Positions 10,548 to 19,729 of a stretch of 48,712 bases of DNA are shown one piece after another. Within the stretch, counting starts at the first letter, position 1; the number at the start of each line of letters is the position of its first letter. The notes below the pieces were generated by a model. It was not told the origin of the DNA. It searched no databases and saw only the letters and a program-made list of their open reading frames with translations. This DNA comes from Chlamydiota bacterium (GTDB taxonomy: Bacteria; Chlamydiota; Chlamydiia; Chlamydiales; Rhabdochlamydiaceae): contig JAZKAC010000014.1 of NCBI GenBank assembly GCA_040389325.1, positions 1 to 48,712 of the forward strand. The letters run 5' to 3'. A program made the position numbers and the translations under genes.

Positions 10548-10572
10548 AGAGAAGAGCCTAAGACTCCTCTCT
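10548..10572 (-). terminator. putative intrinsic terminator after the MFS transporter gene
   Basis: On the minus-strand RNA there is a 9-bp stem, AGAGAGGAG/CUCUUCUCU, with one G-U pair and a 7-nt loop. It starts 10 nt after the stop codon (10582..10584) and is followed by the U-rich stretch ACUUUAGUUUAAUCUUU. Confidence 0.4.
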
Positions 10573-10581
10573 ATTCTTCTA

Positions 10582-11814
10582 TTAAACAGCCTTTTTCACG
10601 AGTTTCTTTTCTTGTCTGTATAAGAGAGCAAAACCTACCCCCCCTAAACAAAGACCGATAGGGATTACAATGACACCCGAGGTAAGAGCTAACAAGCAGC
10701 TTGGCCCTCCAAAAGCGCTTACGACACTTCCTATGATCGTATGGAAGGCATAACCGAAGAGCATAATAATCATATTAGCGCAAGCTGTCGTAAGTCCAGC
10801 CACCTCTTCTTTCACATAGGTAGATGCCTTATAAATCGCTAGAATCTGATACGCAGAACACACTCCGATTAAAACAAAGCTCCCGCTAAGAATGCCCGGT
10901 GTTAAATGACTAAAAAGCAAAAGAAAAAAACCGGCAGCCATCAAAGCGGCAGCTCCTATAATAGTCATAAGGTAGTTTCCTATCTTTTCAGCAACTAAGC
11001 TTAAAAGAGGACTCCCAAAACACATCCCGACAAAAATCATGGAAAGCAGACTACTCGATACGGCTCCGCTCATCCCATATACTTGTTTTAAGAAGACGCT
11101 GCCCCAGACATCGGCAAATCCTTCCAAAGGACCCACCATCAAACCCGCACATAAACAAGTTCCCATGACCCTTTTATTCTTAAGAACTTCTTTGATGTTA
11201 GAAAAAACCGTACTTTCCGATACGGTTTTTATATTGGGAATCATGAAATAGGTAATAAGAGCCAATACGACCCCGACTGCAGCAAATATTTCAATTACAG
11301 CCTCATACCCGAAAGCCTCACACATATAACTTACGGGTCCTCCCCCGTAAATAGCCCCAAGTAGACCTATCGTAACAGAAAAACTAAGCATACGAGGAAA
11401 TTGTTTTTCACTAAACGTCATCCGAACCATCTTAAAAACACCTAAGATAGCAGCTGATGAACCAAGTCCGATCAAAAATCTTCCTATAATAGGAAAAATC
11501 CAATGATCTGTGAAAACAATGGTCAATAAGCCCAAGACTGTTAAAAAAATAGATCCGCTCATAACCTTTTTAGGACCTAAGCGATCCAACATAATACCCA
11601 TAGGCAAGTGCATAAGGGAATAACTGATGTAATAGATACCCGAGAATTGACCGAAGGTAGCGGCATCCATATCAAATTTATTCATGATGTCGTGCAACAT
11701 GATATTTGGCATGACCCGCAAAATATATTGATATGCATAAAATACGGAGACGATAATCCATACCATCCAAGCAACTTTGCGCGATTTTAAAGCAAAAGAA
11801 GTCATAAAATCCAA
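10582..11814 (-). CDS. MFS transporter
   Basis: 410 aa with about 12 predicted hydrophobic helices. It has the MFS loop 2-3 motif GIMLDRLGPKK (G-x-x-x-D-R-x-G-R/K-K-like). Substrate is unknown. Confidence 0.85.
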   Translation of the reverse strand: MDFMTSFALKSRKVAWMVWIIVSVFYAYQYILRVMPNIMLHDIMNKFDMDAATFGQFSGIYYISYSLMHLPMGIMLDRLGPKKVMSGSIFLTVLGLLTIVFTDHWIFPIIGRFLIGLGSSAAILGVFKMVRMTFSEKQFPRMLSFSVTIGLLGAIYGGGPVSYMCEAFGYEAVIEIFAAVGVVLALITYFMIPNIKTVSESTVFSNIKEVLKNKRVMGTCLCAGLMVGPLEGFADVWGSVFLKQVYGMSGAVSSSLLSMIFVGMCFGSPLLSLVAEKIGNYLMTIIGAAALMAAGFFLLLFSHLTPGILSGSFVLIGVCSAYQILAIYKASTYVKEEVAGLTTACANMIIMLFGYAFHTIIGSVVSAFGGPSCLLALTSGVIVIPIGLCLGGVGFALLYRQEKKLVKKAV

Positions 11815-12005
11815 TCCTTAATAAAATAATTTTTTATACTGAAGTAAATAACAAAAAAATGTAGAAACGAGAATATGTTAGAGTGCCTGCCGGCACAGGA
11901 GGACTAGATCAAGGATAAGATAAGAAGAAAAATAATTTTTCATAAGAAACTAGTATACTCTCCCCTAGAAAAACTCACAAGCAAAAAAAATGATCACATT
12001 ATGCT

Positions 12006-12034
12006 TTGAATAAATTACCCCTCTCCCCTATAAT
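12006..12034 (+). promoter_or_regulatory. sigma-70/66-type promoter upstream of tRNA-His
   Basis: TTGAAT (12006..12011), a 17-nt spacer, then consensus TATAAT (12029..12034). The -10 box ends 14 nt before the tRNA 5' end. Confidence 0.6.
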
Positions 12035-12048
12035 TATGGCGTTTCCAT

Positions 12049-12123
12049 GGCGATCGTAGCTCAGTTGGTTAGAGCATTGGATTGTGGATCCAAATGTCGC
12101 GGGTTCGATCCCCGTCGATCGCC
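12049..12123 (+). tRNA. tRNA-His (anticodon GTG)
   Basis: Cloverleaf folded by hand. The acceptor stem is GCGATCG/CGATCGC, with a genome-encoded G-1 (12049) opposite C73 (12123), the tRNA-His hallmark. The D arm is GCTC..GAGC. The anticodon stem is TTGGA/TCCAA around loop TTGTGGA, with GTG at 12084..12086. The T arm is GCGGG-TTCGATC-CCCGT. CCA is not encoded. Confidence 0.92.
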
Positions 12124-12181
12124 CATCTTCATCTTGAAAAAGATTGTCCTTTCTGGTACCTTCACATTTCCAAATTAAAAT

Positions 12182-12967
12182 ATGTTGTACACTATGTCTT
12201 TTTTTGCCTCTTTGATTTTAGGAATTGTACAAGCTTTAACGGAGTTTCTTCCTATAAGCTCCTCTGCACACTTAAAACTGGCAAAATATATTTTAGGCCA
12301 AGAAAGCGGAGTGCTCCTTGACCTAAGCTGCCATCTTGGCACCTTAGGAGCTCTTGTCATTTTCTTACGTAAAGAAATCGTTCACATCCTATTTCAAGAA
12401 CCGAAAAAACTCTTTTTATTCTTTTTTGCCATGGTTCCCCTCATCCCTTTTTACTTTCTTTTAAAGCCTCTGAGAGAATACATCTCAGAAATCCATCTCT
12501 TAGGATTTTGTCTGATCGGAACGGGAGGGATTTTGCTTGCAGGACAATCTTTTTGTATGGCAAGATCAAAAAATGAAGGGTTTATGGGGAAAATCCGAGA
12601 TGTGCTCATGATCGGCACCTTACAATCTACCGCTTTGATCCCGGGCATATCGAGAAGCGCCTCCACGATCTCCTGCGCAAGAATACTTGGATGGGATGCT
12701 AAAGAAGCCGTTAGATTTTCTTTTCTCCTCTCTATCCCCACAATCTTAGGCGGCAATCTTTGGGAGTTTATGAAAGCAACTGCAGGCACACATAAAGAGG
12801 AATCCATCCCCATTTTACACCTCATCACCTCTTTTGCCGTTTCTTTTATTATAGGACTCTTCCTTGTCAAGAAAGCACTCTCTTGGCTGGAAAAAGGCAA
12901 TCTAAAACCGTGCGCTTGGTATTGCATCGCACTAGGAACTATTCTCTCAATTTACTTTAACCTCTAA
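12182..12967 (+). CDS. uppP: undecaprenyl-diphosphate phosphatase
   Basis: 261 aa and polytopic. It has the signature ALTEFLPISSSAHL near the N-terminus and the PGISRSASTI motif. The start could also be the ATG at 12194. Confidence 0.9.
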   Translation: MLYTMSFFASLILGIVQALTEFLPISSSAHLKLAKYILGQESGVLLDLSCHLGTLGALVIFLRKEIVHILFQEPKKLFLFFFAMVPLIPFYFLLKPLREYISEIHLLGFCLIGTGGILLAGQSFCMARSKNEGFMGKIRDVLMIGTLQSTALIPGISRSASTISCARILGWDAKEAVRFSFLLSIPTILGGNLWEFMKATAGTHKEESIPILHLITSFAVSFIIGLFLVKKALSWLEKGNLKPCAWYCIALGTILSIYFNL

Positions 12968-12975
12968 AAAGAACT

Positions 12976-15321
12976 ATGGCAAAAGCACCAACCCCTTCTA
13001 AAGACGCAATCACCCACCCTGAAGCTAAGGGACTTGGGTTAATCACCCTTTCCTTTTTTTGTCTTCTCGCTCTTATAAGCTTTGATAAAGAATTCTCGAC
13101 TCATAACTGGCTTGGGTTAGTTGGGCACTATGTTGCCTTTGCCCTTACCTACACTTTTGGTCTTACCTCATTTTGCGTCTTAGCCTTTACCCTCTGGATG
13201 GGATGGAAGCTACTTTCCGAAGAAAAAGTTCCGGGCTTTCGATCTAGAGCTTTTTACTTCCTCTTATGCCTCTTTTCGTGCTGCCTTCTTTTAAGCGTGT
13301 TAAGTGAAGTGCAGTTCCCCTACCCTTCTATCTTACTTAAAAAAATCTACACCCAATCCATCTTCTTCGAAGAACCCTATCCTCATCGATATCATAGACA
13401 AAACGCAGGAGGCGTTCCTGCCTACTTCCTCTATAAAGACATCCCGACCTTCAACTTAGAAAAAATGTTAAGTAATGCAGGCATCATCATTACTTTTTCC
13501 ATTACGCTGCTCACCTCTTTTCTTCTATTCACACAAATACAGCTCCTCCCTCTTATTCGAAGATTTTTACAAGCCTATTCCGATTGGAAAGAAAAAAAAG
13601 AACTTCTTGCTTATGAAACGGAATCTGCTACAGAAAGCCCTCCTACCCCAATAAGAAGATCTTTAAAAAGTTTAGAAAGCTCTCTTTCGGAACCTTTAAT
13701 CAAACCCTTATATAGACCCGTCCCCAAAGAGGTTAGAATTAGAACCGAAGAAGAAAGAGCTCCCGAGCCTACTAAAGACAAGGTTTTCTCTAAAAAAGAT
13801 TCTGCTATAAGAGCTCAGAAGATCTATAACGGGGACTACAAAGACTATATACTCCCTCCTTCTTCTCTTTTACTTAATCCTAAAAAAATGGATCAGCCCT
13901 CTTTGAAAAAAGAGCTCAAACGACAAGCTGACATCCTGGAAGAAACTCTCATGAGCTTTGGAATTGAAGCCAAGGTGGGAGACATCCACTCGGGGCCCAC
14001 GATCACCTCTTTTGAAGTACACCCTGCTATAGGAGTCAAAGTACAAAAAATTACTGCACTTGAAAATGACATAGCTCTAAACCTGCAAGCGACATCCATC
14101 CGTATTATAGCTCCAATCCCTGGCAAAGCTGCCGTCGGTGTTGAAATCCCTTCTCTTTTTCCTCAGGAAGTGAGCTTTAAAGAGATGTTAGTCAGCTACC
14201 AACAACAGTCTAAAAAACTCCACATTCCCGTTTTGCTTGGAAAAACGGTTAATGGAGAACATCTTGTTTCTGACCTCACAAAGATGCCTCACTGTATTAT
14301 TGCGGGAGCGACAGGATCGGGAAAATCCGTTTGTATTAACACTCTTGTCATGTCTATCGTGATGAATGCCAAACCAGATGAAGTTAAATTGCTCTTAGTG
14401 GACCCTAAAAAAGTGGAACTCACGGGGTACACCCACCTTCCTCACCTCCTCTCTCCCGTTATCACGGAACCTCATGGAGCCTATGCAGCTTTAAGCTGGC
14501 TTGTAAAAGAGATGACCGTTCGTTATGAAGTTTTAAGACAGCTTGGAGTACGCAATATTCACGCATTTAACACCCGCACCGCTAATAAAGAACTTGAAGC
14601 TTCTTTAAGCATCCCCGTCCCCGAAAGGATGTTTGCCATCGTAGCCATCATCGATGAATTTGCTGACCTCATGATGGTCTCCAGCTCCGACTTAGAAACA
14701 CCTATCGCCAGGATCGCCCAGATGGCACGGGCTGTTGGAATCCATTTAATATTAGCCACGCAAAGACCTTCAAGAGAAGTTATCACAGGGCTTATTAAAG
14801 CTAACTTCCCCACACGCATTGCCTTTAAAGTGGCTAGCCGCGTCAACTCTCAAATCATCTTGGACGAAAATGGAGCCGATAGCTTACTTGGTAACGGAGA
14901 CATGCTCTTTCTTCCTCCTGGCAGCTCTCAGCTAATTAGAGCGCAGGGGGTTTATATCAGCGATGAAGAAATTAACCGGGTAGTCTCCTTTGTCTGTGAT
15001 CAGGCTCCTCCAAATTATCTTATTGCCTCATTCGATCAGATGAAAAAAGAAGATATCCCAGGAGAAGAAAGCGTCGACACCCCTAAAGACAGCCTATTTG
15101 AACAAGCTCTTTCCATCGTCTTAGACACGAATACGGCCTCTACTACCTTTTTACAACGCAAGTTGAAAATCGGATATGCAAGAGCTGCTTCTTTGATGGA
15201 TGAGCTAGAAAGTAAAGGGGTCATTGGAGCTCAAGAAGGAAGTCGCCCTAGAAGAGTTATCCAATCCGACTCCAAAGCTACAAACCACAACAAAAAAAAT
15301 TCCATAGACTTAGAAGAGTAA
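12976..15321 (+). CDS. ftsK: DNA translocase FtsK
   Basis: 781 aa. It has N-terminal TM helices and a linker. The motor domain carries Walker A GATGSGKSV, Walker B IIDEFADLM and LATQRPS. The C-terminal gamma winged helix reads TASTTFLQRKLKIGYARAASLMDELESKGVIG. Confidence 0.95.
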   Translation: MAKAPTPSKDAITHPEAKGLGLITLSFFCLLALISFDKEFSTHNWLGLVGHYVAFALTYTFGLTSFCVLAFTLWMGWKLLSEEKVPGFRSRAFYFLLCLFSCCLLLSVLSEVQFPYPSILLKKIYTQSIFFEEPYPHRYHRQNAGGVPAYFLYKDIPTFNLEKMLSNAGIIITFSITLLTSFLLFTQIQLLPLIRRFLQAYSDWKEKKELLAYETESATESPPTPIRRSLKSLESSLSEPLIKPLYRPVPKEVRIRTEEERAPEPTKDKVFSKKDSAIRAQKIYNGDYKDYILPPSSLLLNPKKMDQPSLKKELKRQADILEETLMSFGIEAKVGDIHSGPTITSFEVHPAIGVKVQKITALENDIALNLQATSIRIIAPIPGKAAVGVEIPSLFPQEVSFKEMLVSYQQQSKKLHIPVLLGKTVNGEHLVSDLTKMPHCIIAGATGSGKSVCINTLVMSIVMNAKPDEVKLLLVDPKKVELTGYTHLPHLLSPVITEPHGAYAALSWLVKEMTVRYEVLRQLGVRNIHAFNTRTANKELEASLSIPVPERMFAIVAIIDEFADLMMVSSSDLETPIARIAQMARAVGIHLILATQRPSREVITGLIKANFPTRIAFKVASRVNSQIILDENGADSLLGNGDMLFLPPGSSQLIRAQGVYISDEEINRVVSFVCDQAPPNYLIASFDQMKKEDIPGEESVDTPKDSLFEQALSIVLDTNTASTTFLQRKLKIGYARAASLMDELESKGVIGAQEGSRPRRVIQSDSKATNHNKKNSIDLEE

Positions 15322-15327
15322 TTTTAA

Positions 15328-15630
15328 ATGAGAAAAAAAAGAAAACAAAAACTTACAACGGAACGTTTGCTTTTACCTCGTTTACGGTATATGGGTTACA
15401 CCCTGCTTTTATTTAGCTTATGCTTTTTCATCTACGCTCTAAATACCTCTTCATCACCCGAACTAACAACTATCCTCTCTTTACCAGAAGAGGAGCTCTC
15501 TGCCTTCGCAGAGATAGCTCCTAAAGACACCTTAAATTTTTTTGCTGTCTCATCCCTTTTTGCTTCTATCGGAATAGTCTCTCTTCTCACCTACAGAAAA
15601 AAACTAAAACCTCTTCAAAAAAAGAAGTAA
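15328..15630 (+). CDS. hypothetical small membrane protein (2 TM)
   Basis: 100 aa with a basic N-terminus and two hydrophobic helices (YTLLLFSLCFFIYAL and FFAVSSLFASIGIVSLLTY). It starts 6 nt after ftsK. No recognisable family. Confidence 0.5.
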   Translation: MRKKRKQKLTTERLLLPRLRYMGYTLLLFSLCFFIYALNTSSSPELTTILSLPEEELSAFAEIAPKDTLNFFAVSSLFASIGIVSLLTYRKKLKPLQKKK

Positions 15631-15706
15631 CAAAAAAAGATTTGCTGTTTATAATTTTTTCTGTCAATTTGGCGTTAGACACTGGAAATTAAGGAATGTA
15701 GAGTCC

Positions 15707-17050
15707 ATGGAACATCTTAAGAAAAAAATTCTCATAGCAGATGGTTCTGATAGATTTTTTGCACAAATCAAAAATGATGTAAAAAGTCATGCTTTTATCA
15801 TAGAGACTACAACAGAAGGCAGCGACTGTCTACAAAAGCTTGAGACCTTTAAACCCGATCTAGTCATCGTAGACTTCATGCTCCCTAAGATCCACGGGAT
15901 AGAGATCCTAAAGGCAGTCAAGACCTCTCCCCTATCTTCTTCCGTAGGCGTTATCCTCACCTGCTACCACGGTATGATCCAAAACTACCGCTGCGCAGCT
16001 AAGTTAGGAGCCGACTACTTTCTTGAAAAACCTTATGAAGCCTCTTCATTTTTTAAACTTGTCGATCTTTTCTTCCAAGGAGATCTTAAACTTAACCCTT
16101 TTCCCGAAAAAAAACATGATACGGAAATTCCGTCAACTCCACTTTCTGATAGACCCACGGAAAATTCTTACCTAAAATTTTGGGGAACCAGGGGATCAAA
16201 CCCCGTTGCAGGCATGGAGTATGTGCAGTTTGGAGGTAACACCCCCTGCCTAGAAGTTCGTCATGGCAAAGACCTTGTCATCATTGATGCAGGCTCAGGC
16301 CTTAGAGCTCTTGGACAAGAGCTCGGAGCCCAGTCCAATATCGATTTAAACATACTCATCAGCCATACGCACTGGGATCACCTCCTCGGCTTTCCTTTCT
16401 TCCTTCCTCTTTATCAGCCTAAACGAAAAATCACCATCTTCACTCCCGTGGGATTTGAAAAAAACACAAAAGAACTTTTTACCGACATGTTAGCTTATGC
16501 CTACTTCCCTGTAGCTATCAATGATATTCAATCTAAGCTCACGTTTGAAAACTTAAGAGACTCCGAAATCTTAACGTTTGGTAGTATCACCGTCTCTACA
16601 CAATACGCCTTTCACCCGGGCTCCACCCTTTGCTTTAAACTTGATGTCGCGGGAAAAAAAATCGGTTACGTCACGGATAACGAATTCTTACTAGGATGTC
16701 AACTACCTCCTCCTAAAATAGAAAAGCAAGAAGATCTCTTCATCCCCTACGCCCCTCTTATCCAATTTTTACAAGGTTGTGATATCTTAGTTCATGAGGC
16801 GCAATACACTCCGGAAGAGTACCTAGCAAAAGAAGGATGGGGCCATTCTTCCGTCTATAACGCTTGCGTGCTCATGAAGAAAGCTCGAATCAAACATTGG
16901 ATAGTCACTCATCATGATCCAAGACACACGGATGCGATGCTCCTAGAAAAGAAAAAGCTTCACATACAAGCATTAAAAGAAATAGGTCACCACTGTGAAG
17001 TGCAGTTTGCCTACGACGGAATGCTTCTTTCTCTGGATTCGTCTTTTTAA
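15707..17050 (+). CDS. response-regulator receiver domain fused to a metallo-beta-lactamase-fold hydrolase
   Basis: 447 aa. The REC domain has ILIADGSD, DLVIVDFMLPK (candidate phospho-acceptor Asp) and YFLEKP (conserved Lys). The MBL domain has FWGTRGS, GGNTPCLEV, IIDAGSG, the HxHxDH motif ISHTHWDHLLG, and later VHEAQY and VTHHDP. Confidence 0.8.
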   Translation: MEHLKKKILIADGSDRFFAQIKNDVKSHAFIIETTTEGSDCLQKLETFKPDLVIVDFMLPKIHGIEILKAVKTSPLSSSVGVILTCYHGMIQNYRCAAKLGADYFLEKPYEASSFFKLVDLFFQGDLKLNPFPEKKHDTEIPSTPLSDRPTENSYLKFWGTRGSNPVAGMEYVQFGGNTPCLEVRHGKDLVIIDAGSGLRALGQELGAQSNIDLNILISHTHWDHLLGFPFFLPLYQPKRKITIFTPVGFEKNTKELFTDMLAYAYFPVAINDIQSKLTFENLRDSEILTFGSITVSTQYAFHPGSTLCFKLDVAGKKIGYVTDNEFLLGCQLPPPKIEKQEDLFIPYAPLIQFLQGCDILVHEAQYTPEEYLAKEGWGHSSVYNACVLMKKARIKHWIVTHHDPRHTDAMLLEKKKLHIQALKEIGHHCEVQFAYDGMLLSLDSSF

Positions 17051-17164
17051 CTTACATCTTATTTATATTTTTTTTTATCTTCAAAAGAGTCATTTTACTT
17101 TTTAATGACTACACTACTCTCCAAAAGAGGAACGTGTAAAAATTAATTTAACAAAGGGTCGGAT

Positions 17165-17731
17165 ATGATCGGATCACTGCGTAGCCTCTCTAGAAATTTA
17201 TCGCACATCCTATTTGAAGACTTTTACCACTCCAAAGCGATTGAGGAAGCATATAAAGAATCAAGAAAGGCCATAAGCTCTCTCGAAGATACTCTATGTT
17301 ATGAAAATAGAACCTTATCGCCTCCCTTAATAAACCTTCAAAAGTCTTTATTTTATTTAACTCTATTAGAAGACAAAAAAACAGAAAAAAAAATACATCA
17401 CATAGCCGATCGTTGTTTTATTAGCATAGGAAATTTTTTCATCAGAAAGGAACCTCCTACAACGGAAGAACTCAACACCAAATTGGAAGCATTAAATCTT
17501 CTCAAAGAAAATTTAGAACTTATCGAAGAAAATAAAAACGTAAACGCAGAGGTCAGTCGATTATATAACATCTTTGCCGATGACGATGCAGAAAAATATC
17601 CCTCCACCCCCATGACAGCAAAACAAGCTCACCTAGAGCTGGAGCGTGAAAAAGTTATAGGTATAGCTCTTTCCATGATGGGAGTCTTAACTGTTGCTCT
17701 TGGAGCTAGCTATTTAAAACATAAATCCTGA
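17165..17731 (+). CDS. hypothetical tail-anchored membrane protein (paralog 1)
   Basis: 188 aa with RBS AAGGG upstream. A single C-terminal TM (VIGIALSMMGVLTVALGASYL) lies 5 residues from the end. It shares motifs with the next gene (EEAYKESRKA vs EDHYKKSRKA, and DRCFISIGNFFI vs DIFLNRVGSVFI). Confidence 0.6.
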   Translation: MIGSLRSLSRNLSHILFEDFYHSKAIEEAYKESRKAISSLEDTLCYENRTLSPPLINLQKSLFYLTLLEDKKTEKKIHHIADRCFISIGNFFIRKEPPTTEELNTKLEALNLLKENLELIEENKNVNAEVSRLYNIFADDDAEKYPSTPMTAKQAHLELEREKVIGIALSMMGVLTVALGASYLKHKS

Positions 17732-17739
17732 GGCTTAAA

Positions 17740-18420
17740 ATGTCAGCATCCATACGAAATATAATAAATAACTTATACAACTTAGGACTTAACGCTCCTT
17801 CAGAATCGGAATTGCTTGAAGATCACTACAAAAAATCAAGAAAAGCGGCACGCGACTTCGCTCTACAAAAATGTCATGAGGAGGCTCTATTTTACAAACC
17901 GCTATCTGAAGCTCAAAAGATCGAATTCTTATTCTTAAAAGCAAAAGAAGAAAAAGCCACAGAAGATAAATATAGCTCTGTCGATATTTTTTTAAATCGC
18001 GTGGGAAGTGTTTTTATTGAAGAAACGATCCCTGAAAAAAGAGAATTGCAGTACCAACTTGATCAGTTATGGATGATTCTTCACAACTCTCCAACCGATG
18101 CAGAAATAAAAATAGCCTACGCAACCGATGATGTTGAGTTTTTAACCCTAAAGAATAATAGGGATATCTTGGACAACGAAACCAAGAGACTTTATAAATC
18201 ATTAACAACAAGCTTTCCTGATCTAAAAAAACCTAGAGAATGCTCTTTTAAGCCGGGGACCTTCCTTCCTCTTTGCTGCCCTATCGCCGATAAAGTAAGA
18301 AATAGAGCCAATATACAGTTACAATACAATAAAGATGTCGGTTTTGCTGTCACCATTGCAGTCATAAGTACTGCAAGTATCGTAGCCCTCTATGCAGTTC
18401 ATTACTTCCAAAAAAAGTAG
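17740..18420 (+). CDS. hypothetical tail-anchored membrane protein (paralog 2)
   Basis: 226 aa, starting 8 nt after paralog 1, with a GAGG RBS. It has a C-terminal TM (VGFAVTIAVISTASIVALYAV). The N-terminal half is collinear with paralog 1. Confidence 0.6.
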   Translation: MSASIRNIINNLYNLGLNAPSESELLEDHYKKSRKAARDFALQKCHEEALFYKPLSEAQKIEFLFLKAKEEKATEDKYSSVDIFLNRVGSVFIEETIPEKRELQYQLDQLWMILHNSPTDAEIKIAYATDDVEFLTLKNNRDILDNETKRLYKSLTTSFPDLKKPRECSFKPGTFLPLCCPIADKVRNRANIQLQYNKDVGFAVTIAVISTASIVALYAVHYFQKK

Positions 18421-18423
18421 ACT

Positions 18424-19227
18424 TCAAGAAAAACAAACGGGAAGGCCGATCTCGTGCTGAGGTGCTACGGAAACCGTTAGTTTCTTTTGCTGCCTTTCTA
18501 AAGCTTCCGTTATCGTTTTTAGAGCAATTTCAGGTGTATTACATTCAGAAGATAGATGCGCTAGATATACATGCTTTAATCTGTCGTGATGCACGGCTAA
18601 AATCACCTCTGCCGAATCTTCGTTAGAAAGATGCCCTTGACGACTTAGAACCCTTTGTTTATATACCATAGGACGAGCTGAGGCATGCACCATAGAAGGT
18701 TGATGGTTTGCTTCCAAATACAAATAATCGCAATTTTTCAACTGATGCACAACTAAGGTCGAAGCAAATCCTAAATCCGCACATATACCCATCTTTAAAG
18801 AATCTACCTGTAAGGTGAATGCAACGGGATCAATAGCATCATGCGGTATACTAAAAGGGTGAATTTCGATATCGGCAAACCGGAAAGAGTCACCCGTAGA
18901 AAAGATCTTAAATTTTGGGGTATAAGTAGAGGCTGCTACGATAGCTTTAGCCGTTTCCAAGTTAGCAAAAATCGGTATATCCCACTTTCTACAAAGAGCC
19001 GATAACCCTCGAATATGATCTATGTGTTCATGCGTCACCAAGACTGCACTAAGATCCCCTACCTCTACTCCAATCTTTCCCAACCTCTCGGTTAGGTCCT
19101 TTAAAGAGATGCCAGAATCTATCAAAATTTTTGCTTTCGGAGAACCAAAATATAAAGCATTTCCTTTTGAGCCTGAAGCTAACGGACAAAACCCAATCAT
19201 ACTTTTTTCCTGGTTCAATTGCGGCAT
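18424..19227 (-). CDS. MBL-fold metallo-hydrolase (YycJ/WalJ-like size and layout)
   Basis: 267 aa with LASGSKGNALY, ILIDSG, and the HxHxDH motif VTHEHIDHIRG. Later conserved residues are the His of HPFSIPHD, the Asp of CADLG, and the His of AHLS. The start may instead be the internal MIGFCPL. Confidence 0.8.
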   Translation of the reverse strand: MPQLNQEKSMIGFCPLASGSKGNALYFGSPKAKILIDSGISLKDLTERLGKIGVEVGDLSAVLVTHEHIDHIRGLSALCRKWDIPIFANLETAKAIVAASTYTPKFKIFSTGDSFRFADIEIHPFSIPHDAIDPVAFTLQVDSLKMGICADLGFASTLVVHQLKNCDYLYLEANHQPSMVHASARPMVYKQRVLSRQGHLSNEDSAEVILAVHHDRLKHVYLAHLSSECNTPEIALKTITEALERQQKKLTVSVAPQHEIGLPVCFS

Positions 19228-19369
19228 ATTTTTACTTAATATACTACATTCATTGCAACATGTTTGTACACCTCCTTAAGTTTATTTTTTTTTATTTTAA
19301 ATAAAATAGTTGACATGTAAAAGAAGAATATGTTTTTAAGATATATAGACACAATATTTTGAGGCTACC

Positions 19370-19729
19370 ATGTTTTATTCGGAAGAAGAACTTTTAACAG
19401 AAATAGATTGTACTTTAGATCAACTAATTCAAAATGCGAAAATTCTTCGTACATGTGATATGATGGTTTGCCAGGCAGAAGCCTTACTGCTACAAAAAAC
19501 ACAAGACAGCTTGATCGCTAAATTTATGCATACACAAGAGTACATAGAGATTGCACATCTTGAGCAAGAGCTATTGAATAAGATTCAAAAGCTTCATCAA
19601 CTCGCTCCGATGCTTTTGAAAAACTTCCCCAAAGAATTGACTAAAACTCATTCCGTGGGATTGCGCCCAAGAATTGGACGCAATCGTAAAAAATCAAAAA
19701 TTCGCGAGTTTGCGTATCGCAGTTTCTAA
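19370..19729 (+). CDS. hypothetical protein (119 aa), helical with a basic C-terminal tail
   Basis: GAGG RBS 6 nt upstream. The composition is protein-like, and the tail is basic (RPRIGRNRKKSKIREFAYRSF). The 3' end overlaps the convergent E1 gene by 36 nt. Confidence 0.45.
   Translation: MFYSEEELLTEIDCTLDQLIQNAKILRTCDMMVCQAEALLLQKTQDSLIAKFMHTQEYIEIAHLEQELLNKIQKLHQLAPMLLKNFPKELTKTHSVGLRPRIGRNRKKSKIREFAYRSF

Noticed and set aside
12082-12321. 79-aa track ORF on the plus strand starting inside tRNA-His, and the 61-aa minus-strand ORF 12175..12360
   Set aside because: The first begins within the tRNA-His T-arm and runs into the uppP start in another frame. The second is antisense to the uppP 5' end. 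Neither has an RBS or a protein-like composition. Both are better explained by the tRNA and uppP.
12451-12927. 158-aa minus-strand ORF
   Set aside because: It is fully antisense to uppP, whose signature motifs are unambiguous.
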